From Ranitomeya imitator (Eukaryota), in contig NC_091290.1 in the NCBI RefSeq assembly GCF_032444005.1, positions 150,846,001 through 150,910,000 on the forward strand: a stretch of 64,000 nt of DNA. The letters are read 5' to 3'. The position numbers and the translations under genes are program-made. The notes under the pieces were generated by a model. That model saw only the letters and a list, made by a program, of their open reading frames with translations, was not told where the DNA came from and did not search any database. Shown piece by piece: positions 11,453 through 22,900 of this stretch (the stretch's first letter is position 1; the number at the start of each line of letters is the position of its first letter).

Positions 11453-11620
11453 GGCCTCGTTCACACCGTCAGTATTCGCTCAGTATTTACATCAGTATTT
11501 GTAGCCAAAACCAGGAGACGAACAATCGGAGGAAAAGCGTAAGAGAGACGTCGCCACTTCTGGATTATCACCAGGATGGCTACAAACACTGATGTAAATA
11601 CTGCGCGTGTGAACGTGGCC
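11453..11620. mobile_element. Short MITE (GGC-starting TIR)
   Basis: GGCCTCGTTCACAC...GTGTGAACGTGGCC, with internal arms CAGTATTTACATCAG/CTGATGTAAATACTG. Confidence 0.75.
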
Positions 11621-11626
11621 TGTGGA

Positions 11627-13068
11627 GAGTAATGCTGTGTCTCACCAGTAATGCTGCCCCTCGCCAGTAATGCTGCGCCTCTCCAGTAATGCTGCCCCTC
11701 GCCAGTAATGCTGCTCCTCACCAGTAATGCTTCCCCTCACCAGTAATGCCGCTCCTCACCAGTAATGCTGCGCCTCGCCAGTAATGCTGCACCTCCCCAG
11801 TAATGCTGCCCCTCGCCAGTAATGCTGCTCCTCGCCAGTAATGCTGCTCCTCGCCAGTAATGCTGCGCCTCACCTGTAATGCTCCTCCTCGCCAGTAATG
11901 CTGCACCTTGCCAGTAATGCTGCACCTCGCCAGTAATGCTCCTCCTCGCCAGTAATGCTGCGCCTTGCCAGTAATGCTGCACCTCGCCAGTAATGCTGCT
12001 CCTCGCTAGTAATGCTGCACCTCGCCAGTAATGCTGCGCATCGCCAGTAATGCTGTGCCTTGCCAGTAATGCCGCGCCTCACCAGTAATGCTGCCCCTCA
12101 CCAATAATATCATGCCTCACCAGTAATGCTGCCCCTCACCAGTAATGCTGCCCCTCACCAGTAATGCCACGCTTCACCAGTAATGCTGCCCCTCACCAGT
12201 AATAACGTGCCTCACCATAATGCTGCCCCTCACCAGTAATATCGCCCCTCACCAGTAATGCTGCCCCTCACCAGTAATGCCGCACTTCACCAGTAATGCT
12301 GCCCCTCACCAGTAATCTCGTGCCTCACTATAATGCTGCCCCTGACCAGTAACGCTGCCCCTCACAAGTAATATCGCCCCTCACCAGTAATGCTGCCCCT
12401 CACCCGTAATATCGCTCCTCACCAGTAATGCTGCCCCTCACCAGTAATATTGCGCCTTACCAGTAATGCTGCCCCTCACCAGTAATATCGCCCCTCACCA
12501 GTAATGCCGCACTTCACCAGTAACGCTGCCCCTCGCCAGTAATCTTGTGCCTCACCATAATGCTGCCCCTGACCAGTAACACTGCCCCTCACCAGTAATA
12601 TCGCCCCTCACCAGTAACGCTGCTCCTCACCAGTAATATCGCCCCTCACCAGTAACGCTGCCCCTCAACAGTAATGCCGCACTTCACCAGTAACGCTGCC
12701 CCTCGCCAGTAATCTCGTGCCTCACCATAATGCTGCCCCTGACCAGTAACGCTGCCTCTCACCAGTAATGCTGTATTTCACCAGTAATGCTGCCCCTCAC
12801 CAGTAATATCGCCCCTCACCAGTAATGCTGCCTCTCACCACTAATATTGCGCCTCACCGGTAATGCTGCCTCTCACCAGTAATATTGCGCCTCACCAGTA
12901 ACGCTGCCCCTCACCAGTAATATCGCCCCTCACCAGTAATGCCGCATTTCACCAGTAATGCTGCCCCTCACCAGTAATATCGCCTCTCACCAGAAATGCT
13001 GCCCCTCACCAGTAATGCTGCCCTTCACCAGTAATATCGCCCCTCACCAGTAATATCGCGCTATGTGC
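11627..13068 (+). repeat. 19-bp minisatellite, about 75 copies
   Basis: Unit CCAGTAATGCTGCCCCTCA with variants. Confidence 0.96.
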
Positions 13069-13135
13069 CCATGTTTGCGGATTTGTGTGCGGATTTTTCT
13101 GCACCGTTTTTGAAAAATCCGCAGGTAAAACGCTC

Positions 13136-13638
13136 TGCCATTTTCCGATACCCGTAGCGTCTCCATTTTTCGGGATCTGGGGTCGGGTGAGGGCTTAATT
13201 TTTGCGAACCGAGCTGACGTTTTAGTGATACCATTTCGGTGGAGATACGTTCTTTTCATCGTCCGTTATTGCATTATAATGCAATGTTGCGGCGACCAAA
13301 AAAAAAGTAATTCTGGCGTTTCAATTTTATTCTTGCTACGCTGTTTAGCGATCAAGTTAATGCTTTTTTTATTGATAGATCGGGCGATTCTGAACGCGGC
13401 GATGCCAAACATGCTTAGGATTGATTATTTTTTTTAATTTTGAATGAGGCTGTCAGAGTTTAACAGCAGCATTTAACTAGTTAATAGGCGTGGGTGGATC
13501 GTGATTCCACCCGCGCCTCTTGTGGGCACATGTAAGCTGTTCAAAACAGCTGACATGCCCCAGCTTTGATGCGGGCTCACCGCCGGAGCGGGGGATACTG
13601 ATATCGGACGTACTATCCCGTCTGATGGCAGTAAGGGG
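13136..13638 (+). mobile_element. Internally deleted piggyBac-like MITE, right end intact
   Basis: Homologous to 54840-56114; ends GGGG|TTAA (13639-13642). Confidence 0.8.
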
Positions 13639-14336
13639 TTAATAAATAACATTTCCCTCATGTCGCCTTTACATCGGCACAATTTATTAAATGTTATTTT
13701 ATTTGTTACCATTTTAGGAGGTTTTATAATTTTTTTATTTTTTCAAGGAAATTTACAAAAGTTATTTTTGTAGGGACCTATCCCGGTTTGAAGTCACTTT
13801 GAGGGTCCTAGATAGTGGAAAACCCCTAAAAGTGAAACCATTGTAAAAACAGCACTTTCCTCCCGATATCCTGAGTGTTCAGGAAGCCGCAGGGACATTC
13901 TATGTAGAGGAAGTCTGGCTCTGCTCGGTGGGCCGGGACCCTCGCCGTGTCACACGCACTCATCTCCACCATTGTCCTCCTGTCCGCAGAGGCGCAAACA
14001 ATGGAGACGTATTTATAACATCAGCGGGAACCGCTTCACTTCTTGGAGGATTACATTTAACCTTTACAAAAAAAATCCCCCCTAATATTTCTGCAGCTGG
14101 GAAAGCTGGGTAGCCAGCAGCGTTCGCGGTCCCTCACTCAAATGACGGCACATCGCTAGCGCACGCCCATTACAAACAATGGCGGCGTTAACGGACTGCG
14201 TTACACCACGCTATGCCGCGGTGTAACGTAGTCCGTTAAACGGGTTCACATAACGTAATGTGAGCCTAGCCTTAAGCTTGCAATTATGAACAATACTGAC
14301 TTACATAGTGTGTGATATCCGAGCCTCGTTCCTCCA

Positions 14337-14372
14337 CCCCGACGCACGTTTCATCCACACTTCTTCAGGGGG
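14337..14372 (-). ncRNA. Degenerate minimal type I hammerhead ribozyme motif
   Basis: Minus strand CCCC CTGAAGA AGTGTGGAT GAAA CGTGCG TC GGGG: stem I, core and GUC triplet present; stem II weak. Confidence 0.45.
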
Positions 14373-14395
14373 CGTCAATCACTATGTATATGTCA

Positions 14396-16188
14396 GGAGG
14401 AGCAATGCTCTGTAGCATATATCACTGTGTATCTGTCAGTAGGTGGAGGAGCGATGCTCTGCAGGAGGGCAGTGGTGTAATAACCTGCAGATATATCATT
14501 ATGGAGCGGTCAGGAGGAGCGATGCTCTGCAGGAGGGCAGTGGTGTAATAATCTGCAGATATATCATTATGGAGCGGTCAGGAGGAGCGATGCTCTGCAG
14601 GAGGGCAGTGGTGTAATCATCTGCAGATATATCAGGATGGACCGGTTAGGAGGAGCGATGCTCTGCAGGAGGGCACTGGTGTAATAATCTGCAGAATATA
14701 TATCACTGTATCTGTCAGGGGGTGGAGGAGCAATGCTCTGCAGAGGGGCAGTGGTGTAATAATCTGCAGAATATATATCACTGTGTATCTGTCAGGTGGA
14801 GGAGCGATGCTCTGCAGGAGGGCAATGGTGTAATCATCTGCAGATATATCACGATGGAGCGGTCAGGAGGAGCGATGCTCTGCAGGAGGGCAGTGGTGTA
14901 ATCATCTGCAGATACATCAAGATGGACCGGTTAGGAGGAGCGATGCTCTGCAGGAGGGCAGTGGTGTAATAATCTGCAGAATATATATCACTGTGTATCT
15001 GTAAGGAGGTGGAGGAGCAATGCTCTGCAGAGGGGCAGTGGTGTAATAATCTGCAGAATATATATCACTGTGTATCAGTCAGGAGGTGGAGGAGCGATGC
15101 TCTGCAGGAGTGCAATGGTGTAATCATCTGCAGATATATCACGATGGAGCGATCAGGAGGAGCGATGCTCTGCAGGAGGGCAGTGGTGTAATCATCTGCA
15201 GATATATCAGGATGGACCGGTTAGGAGGAGCGATGCTCTGCAGAGGGGCAGTGGTGTAATAATCTGCAGAATATATATCACTGTGTATCTGTCAGGAGGT
15301 GGAGGAGCGATGCTCTGCAGGAGGGCAATGGTGTAATCGTCTGCAGATATATCACGATGGAGCGGTCAGGAGGAGCGATGCTCCGCAGGAGGGCAGTGGT
15401 GTAATCATCTGCAGATATATCACGATGGAGCTGTCAGGAGGAGCGATGCTCTGCAGGAGGGCAGTGGTGTAATCATCTGCAGATATATCAGGATGGACCG
15501 GTCAGGAGGAGCGATGATCTGCAGGAGGGCAGTGGTGTAATCATATTCAGATATATCAGGATGGACCGGTCAGGAGGAGCGATGCTCTGCAGAAGGACAG
15601 TGGTGTAATCATCTGCAGATATATCAGGATGGACCGGTCAGGAGGAGCGATGCTCTGCAGGAGGGCAGTGGTGTAATCATCTGCAGATATATCAGGATGG
15701 ACCGGTCAGGAGGAGCGATGCTCTGCAGGAGGGCAGTGGTGTAATCATCTGCAGATATATCAGGATGGACCGGTCAGGAGGAGCGATGCTCTGCAGGAGG
15801 GCAGTGGTGTAATCATCTGCAGATATATCAGGGTGGACCGGTCAGGAGGAGCGATGCTCTGCAGGAGGGCAGTGGTGTAATCATCTGCAGATATATCAGG
15901 ATGGAGCGGTCAGGAGGAGCGATGCTCTGCAGAGGGCAGTGGTGTAATCATCTGCAGTAGATGGACCGGTCAGGAGGAGCGATGCTCTGCAGATGGCAGT
16001 GGTGTAATCATCTGCAGTAGATGGACCGGTCAGGAGGAGCGATGCTCTGCAGGAGGGCAGTGGTGTAATCATCTGCAGATATATCAGGATGGACCGGTCA
16101 GGAGGAGCGATGCTCTGCAGGGGGCAGTGGTGTAATCATCTGCAGTAGATGGACCGGTCAGGAGGAGCGATGCTCTGCAGAGGGCAGT
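14396..16188 (+). repeat. About 68-bp tandem repeat, about 26 copies, with variant subunits
   Basis: Unit GATATATCAGGATGGACCGGTCAGGAGGAGCGATGCTCTGCAGGAGGGCAGTGGTGTAATCATCTGCA. Confidence 0.95.
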
Positions 16189-16284
16189 GTGTATCACTTG
16201 CTGTATTCTGGATACATTGGAGCTGTTCCTTCCTGGTGATTAGGGATCTGTATGTGGAGACCCAGAGTTTATATCATGTGATGT

Positions 16285-16303
16285 GAGCGACACCTAGTGG
16301 CCA
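16285..16303 (-). promoter_or_regulatory. Candidate CTCF site in unique sequence
   Basis: Minus strand TGGCCACTAGGTGTCGCTC versus consensus TGGCCACCAGGGGGCGCTA. Confidence 0.5.
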
Positions 16304-19300
16304 AAATGTGCAAAGCAGCGAATCCTCCACAGTGATCTGCAGACAGGCGGTTAGGCTACAACGCACATTAGCGGAACGCTAATGTGAACGTAGCCTTAGT
16401 GAAATAAAGTCAGAGAATTCCTGCAGGTGATGAGAGAGGAGCGCACTGATCGAAAGGGACAGGATAGAGCGCCACAGCAGCACAGAGGATTTCAGCGGAC
16501 GGTACGGAGGGCCTGGTGTCCTGGGTTCACTCTGACTGAGGACAGTGAGATTCCTCCTCTCAGACATCTTAGAAAATGAAAACAAGAGACCTCAAATGAA
16601 ACCTGCTCTTCCTTTTCATGACCTGTTGGTGGGCACTGATAGACATATTGATGACCGAGCCATCAGGTAATTCTGTGGTGGCTCAGTGGTTAGCTCCATT
16701 ACCTTTTGATGTTTGGGTCCCTAGTACAATTTTGACTGAGGTCGGAGTGATTCTACCTCTTAGTTGTATTTTAGAAATTGCAAATGGACCTGCCCTAGTT
16801 TTTCCTGATCTTCCCATTGGTGCTGGTAGTTATATCAATGACTTTGACAAAACATATCTTCCGAGCAGCACGGTGGCCCAATGGAAAGGACTGGTGCTTA
16901 GCGGCATGGGAGTCCAGGGTTCTAATCCCACCACGAGAAATTGCAAGTGAATCTCTTATAGTTTTTCTTGATCTTCCCATTCGTGCTGGTAGTAATATCA
17001 ATGACTTCGGAGAAGATTACTTTGTGAGTAGCACGGTGGCCCAGTGGAAAGTACTGGTGCTCTGCAGCATGGGAGTCCAGGGTTCTAATCCCACCATGGG
17101 AAATACCAAATGGACCTGCTCTAGTTTTTCCTGATCTTCCTGGTGCTGGTAGTAATATATATGACTTCCGAAAAGGTTATTTTCAGAGCAGCACGGTAGC
17201 CCAGTGGAAAGGACTGGTGCTCTGCAGCATGGGAGTCCAGGGTTCTAATCCCACCATGGATGACATCTGCAAGGAGTTTGTATGTTCTCCCTGTGCTCAG
17301 GTGGGCGGCTCTAAAAACATACAGGTGTGGACAAGTGCTGTGGCAAATGATGTGTCACCTGAACAGCATCCAGGAGGGCTGCTTGCCTGTCCCCCCTTTG
17401 GGCAAGTATCCTGATCAGCTGTTATATATGCAGCTCAGCCTAGCTGAGCTGCACAAAGTCCTTTTGGACTTAGCCAAAATTTTCACCATTTCTTCCCTCT
17501 CATTTACCTAAATCCTAATATTCCTCCTGTCTTCACAAACACAGGTCAGTTACTTGACACAAGTAACACTTTCATCACTGTATGTCTTTAGATCATGGGT
17601 GGCCACCCACCTGAGCACAGGGAGAACATACAAACTCCTTGCAGATGTCATCCATGGTGGGATTAGAACCCTGGACTCCCATGCTGCAAAGCACCAGTCC
17701 TTTCCACTGGGCTACCATGCTGCTCTGAAAATAACCTTTTCGGAAGTCATAGATATTACTACCAGCACTAGGAAGATCAGGAAAAACTAGAGCAGGTCCA
17801 TTTGGTATTTCCCATGGTGGGATTAGAACCCAGAACTCCCACGCCACAAAGAACCTGTGCTTTCCACTGGGCCACCGTGCTGCATTAAACCCCACTATGA
17901 GAAATTGCAAATGGACTTGCTTTAGTTTTCTTATCTTCCCATTGGTGCTGGTAGTAATATCAATGACTTCTGCAAGTGTTATATTCTGAGCAGCACGGTA
18001 GCCCAGTGGTTAGGACTGGTGCTTTGCAACATTGGAGTCCAGGGTTCAAATCCCACAATGGGAAATACCAAATGAACTTTTGTTTTTTCCTGATCTTCCT
18101 GGTGCTGGTAGTAATATCTATGACTTCCGAAAAGGTTATTTTCAGAGCAGCACGGTAGCCCAGTGGAAAGGACTGGTGCTCTGCAGCATGGGAGTTCAGG
18201 GTTCTAATCCCACCATGGATGACATCTGCAAGGAGTTTGTCTGTTCTCTGATGGGTGGGCACCCATGATCTAAAGACATGCAGTGATGAAAGTGTTATGT
18301 GTGTCAAGTAAGTATCCTGTGTTTCTGAAGATGGAAGGAATATCAGGATTTAGAGAAATGAGTGGGAAGAAATGGTGAAAATTTTGGTTAAGTCCAAAAG
18401 GACTTTGTGCAGCTCAGCTAGGCTGAGCTGCATATATAACAGCTGATCAGGATACTTGCCCAAAGGGGGGACAGGCAAGCAGCCCTCCTGGATGCTGTTC
18501 AGGTGACACATCATTAGCCACAGCACTTGTCCACACCTGTATGTTTTTAGAGCCGCCTACCTGAGCACGGGGAGAACATACAAACTCCTTGCAGATGTCA
18601 TCCATGGTGGGATTAGAACCCTGGACTCCCATGCTGCAGAGCACCAGTCCTTTCCACTGGGCTACCGTGCTGCTCACAAAGTAACCTTCTCCGAAGTCAT
18701 AGATATTACTACCAGCACCAGGAAGATCAGGAAAAACGAGAGCAGGTCCATTTCATATTTCCCATGGTGGGATTAGAACCCTGGACTCCCATGCTGCAGA
18801 GCACCAGTCCTTTCCACTGGGCTATTGTGCTGCTTGCAAAGTAACCTTCTCCGAAGTTATAGATATTACTACCAGCACCAGGAAGATCACGAAAAATGAG
18901 AGCAGGTCCATTTCATATTTCCCATGGTGGAATTAGAACCCTGGACTCCCATGCTGCAGAGCACCAGTCCTTTCCACTGGGCTACCGTGCTGCTCACAAA
19001 GTAACCTTCTCCGAAGTCATTGATATTACTACCAGCACGAATGGGAAGATGAAGAAAAACTATAAGAGATTCACTTGCAATTTCTCGTGGTGGGATTAGA
19101 ACCCTGGACTCCCATGCCGCTAAGCACCAGTCTTTTCCACTGGGCCACCGTGCTGCTCGGAAGATACGTTTTGTCAAAGTCATTGATATAACTACCAGCA
19201 CCAGGAAGATCAGGAAATACTAGGGCAGGTCCATTTGCAATTTCCCATGGTGGGATTAGAACTCTGGACTCCTATGCTGCAGAGCACCAGTCCTTTCCAC

Positions 19301-19981
19301 CGGGCTACCATGCTGCTCACAAAATAACCTTTTCTGAAGTCATTGATATTACTACCAGCACCAGGAAGATCAGGAAAAACTAGAGCAGATGCATTTGGTA
19401 TTTCCTATGGTGGGATTAGAACCCTGGACTCCCATGCAGAAAAGCACCAGCTCTTTCCACTGGCCCACTGTGCTGCTCAGAAGACAAGTTTTGGCAAAGT
19501 CATAGATATTACTTCCAGCACCAATAGGAAGATCAGGAAAATCTAGAGCAAGTCAGTTTGCGATTTCTTATGGTGGGATTTGAACCGTGGTCTCACATGC
19601 TGTAAAGCACCAGGCCTTTCCACTGGGCCACAGTGCTGCTCAGACGACAGTCTTTGGCAAAATCATTTATATCACTCATTGCACCAATGGGAAGATCTAG
19701 AAAAACTAGAACAACTTAGAGGTAGAATTACTCATACCTCAATCAGAATTGTACTAAGGACCCCAGCATTGCCAGGTAATCGAGCTAAACACTGAGCTAC
19801 CATGCTGCTCAAGAAAGAGACTTTGGTAAAATCATTGCTATCAGCAAAAACTAGAAGAGGGCCATTTGCAATTTCCCATGGTGGGATTAGAACCGTGCAC
19901 TCAAATGCTGCAAAGCACCAAGGATTTCCACTGGGCGACCGTGCTGCTCTAAAGAGAAACTATGGCAAAATCGTTGATATG

Positions 19982-22900
19982 CAGGGCTGCCACTAGAAAT
20001 TTCGGGGCCCCATACTGGCAAAATTTTCGGGGCCCCCTTGAAACTCCGCCCAGGCTCCACCCCAGTCCAGGCTCCACCCCACGAACTGTCCACAGTCCCA
20101 CCACTCTCTCTTGGAAAATCTCAACTTCTCACCTATCACACATTGACAGTTCCCATCACCAGATCACACATATAGCCGGCAGCTTTTGTTTTGGCCAAAA
20201 GATTTTTTAAGCCGCCACCACAACAAGGTAGACACTTTTGGCCGGGCCCTACTCTACTGTAACCTACTAAATATTTGTTAAAATATGCAATACAATTTAG
20301 GTATATTTTTATTTATTTTTCAATTTTTAAAATGACCTATAATACTACATACAAGGAACAAATACCACAACACTATGACCAGATGACATATTACCACCAC
20401 AGTGATCGAATAATATAAAATACAAGGAACAAATACCGCTACACCATGACCAGACCACATATTACCTCCACATCATGACCAGACCACATATTACCAACAA
20501 TGACTGAATACTACAATACTGATCAGTAATACAAAAAAAACCCACAATACTATCACCATCAGTGCCATTATGCACAGGAGATCTGTAATTAGTAAGCAGT
20601 GTCTGTGTACAGATAATACAGTGATCACTGGTGACATTACACACAGGAGCTCTGTATATAATGTATAGATAATACAGTGATCACTGGTGACATTGTACAC
20701 AGGACCTCTGTATATAGTATACAGTGTATAGTGTAAGTGTATAGGTAACACTGACTCACCAGTGACGTCTCTAGGTGAAGTCCTTCATCTTTCATCCAGC
20801 ACAGACCGCCATCACTTTATCCAGCCAGGACTCGTCTCTGCAGGAAATAAAACAGTTATCTCGAGTTCCGCTTGTAGAACACATTACTTAATTTTCCCAA
20901 CTTCTACATTACACCACATGAAGAAGGCAACATAGTATCACTCTACACAGTAACAGGACTGCCCCCCCCATTTAAAACAGTATACTCAAAAAATAAAATA
21001 AATACATCACTGCAATAATAATATCCCTTAATTAGCCCCTATGGTAATATTCGCCATCCTGGCCACCGTGTGTCTCATTTCAGGCTCCAGCCATATGTTC
21101 TCTCATCCTGCCCTCATGAGTATCCATTCTACCCCATATGATCTCCCCATCCTGCCCCATCTGTCTCCATCGTATCCATCCTGCCCCATCTGTTTCCAAT
21201 CCTGCACCATCTCTGTCCAGCACTCTGCCCCATCTCTGTCCAGCACTCTGCCCCATCTCTGTCCAGCACTCTGCCCCATCTCTGTCCAGCACTCTGCCCC
21301 ATCTCTGTCCAGCACTCTGCCCCATCTCTGTCCAGCACTCTGCCCAGCACTCTGCCCAGCACTCTGCCCCATCTCTGTCCAGCACTCTGCCCCATCTCTG
21401 TCCAGCACTCTGCCCCATCTCTGTCCAGCACTCTGCCCCATCTCTGTCCAGCACTCTGCCCCATCTCTGTCCAGCACTCTGCCCCATCTCTGTCCAGCAC
21501 TCTGCCCCATCTCTGTCCAGCTTTCTGCCCCCCATGTGTCCAGCTTTCTGCCCCCCATGTGTCCAGCTTTCTGCCCCCCATGTGTCCAGCTTTCTGCCCC
21601 CCATGTGTCCAGCTTTACTGCCCCCTCTGTGTCCAGCCTTCTGCCCCCCCTGTGTCCAGCTTTACTGCCCCCCTGTGTCCAGCCTTCTGCCCCCCGTGTC
21701 CAGCCTTCTGCCCCCCCGTGTCCAGCTTTACTGCCCTTCTGTGTCCAGCGGCCTTCTGCCCCCCCCCCCGTGTCCAGCTTTACTGCCCCCGTGTCCAGCG
21801 GCCTTCTGCCCCCTCTGTGTCCAGCTGCCTTCTGCCCCCCTGTGTCCAGCTGCCTTCTGCCCCCGTGTCCAGCTGCCTTCTGCCCCCTCTGTGTCCAGCT
21901 GCCTTCTGCCCCATCTGTGTCCAGCTGCCTTCTGCCCCATCTGTGTCCAGCTGCCTTCTGCCCCCCTGTGTCCAGCTGCCTTCTGCCCCCTCTGTGTCCA
22001 GCTGCCTTCTGCCCCCCTGTGTCCAGCTGCCTTCTGCCCCCTCTGTAACCAGCTGCCTTCTGCCCCCTCTGTGTCCAGCTGCCTTCTGCCCGCTCTGTGT
22101 CCAGCTGCCTTCTGCCCCCTCTGTGTCCAGCTGCCTTCTGCCCCGTGTCCAGCTGCCTTCTGCCCCCCTGTGTCCAGCTGCCTTCTGCCCCCTCTGTGTC
22201 CAGCTGCCTTCTGCCCCATCTGTGTCCAGCTGCCTTCTGCCCCCGTGTCCAGCTGCCTTCTGCCCCCTCTGTGTCCAGCTGCCTTCTGCCCCCCTGTGTC
22301 CAGCTGCCTTCTGCCCCCCTGTGTCCAGCTTTACTGCCCCCCTGTGTCCAGCTGCCTTCTGCCCCCTCTGTGTCCAGCTGCCATCTGCCCCCGTGTCCAG
22401 CTGCCTTCTGCCCCCGTGTCCAGCTGCCTTCTGCCCCCTCTGTGTCCAGCTGCCTTCTGCCCCATCTGTGTCCAGCTGCCTTCTGCCCCATCTGTGTCCA
22501 GCTGCCTTCTGCCCCCCTGTGTCCAGCTGCCTTCTGCCCCCTCTGTGTCCAGCTGCCTTCTGCCCCCCTGTGTCCAGCTGCCTTCTGCCCCCTCTGTAAC
22601 CAGCTGCCTTCTGCCCCCCTGTGTCCAGCTTTACTGCCCCCCTGTGTCCAGCTGCCTTCTGCCCCCGTGTCCAGCTGCCTTCTGCCCCCTCTGTGTCCAG
22701 CTGCCTTCTGCCCCCCTGTGTCCAGCTGCCTTCTGCCCCCCTGTGTCCAGCGGCCTTCTGCCCCCCTGTGTCCAGCGGCCTTCTGCCCCCCTGTGTCCAG
22801 CGGCCTTCTGCCCCCCTGTGTCCAGCGGCCTTCTGCCCCCTCTGTGTCCAGCGGCCTTCTGCCCCCTCTGTGTCCAGCTGCCTTCTGCCCCCTCTGTGTC

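Noticed and set aside
16563-16667. Exon-like block (cag...CAG|gtaa) in the outer array units
   Set aside because: Lengths of about 103 and 79 nt are phase-asymmetric and the peptides resemble nothing I recognise.
16860-19950. tRNA gene cluster
   Set aside because: A and B boxes and an anticodon-like loop are present, but there is no acceptor stem pairing and the heads lead into a SINE body; these are SINE heads, not tRNAs.
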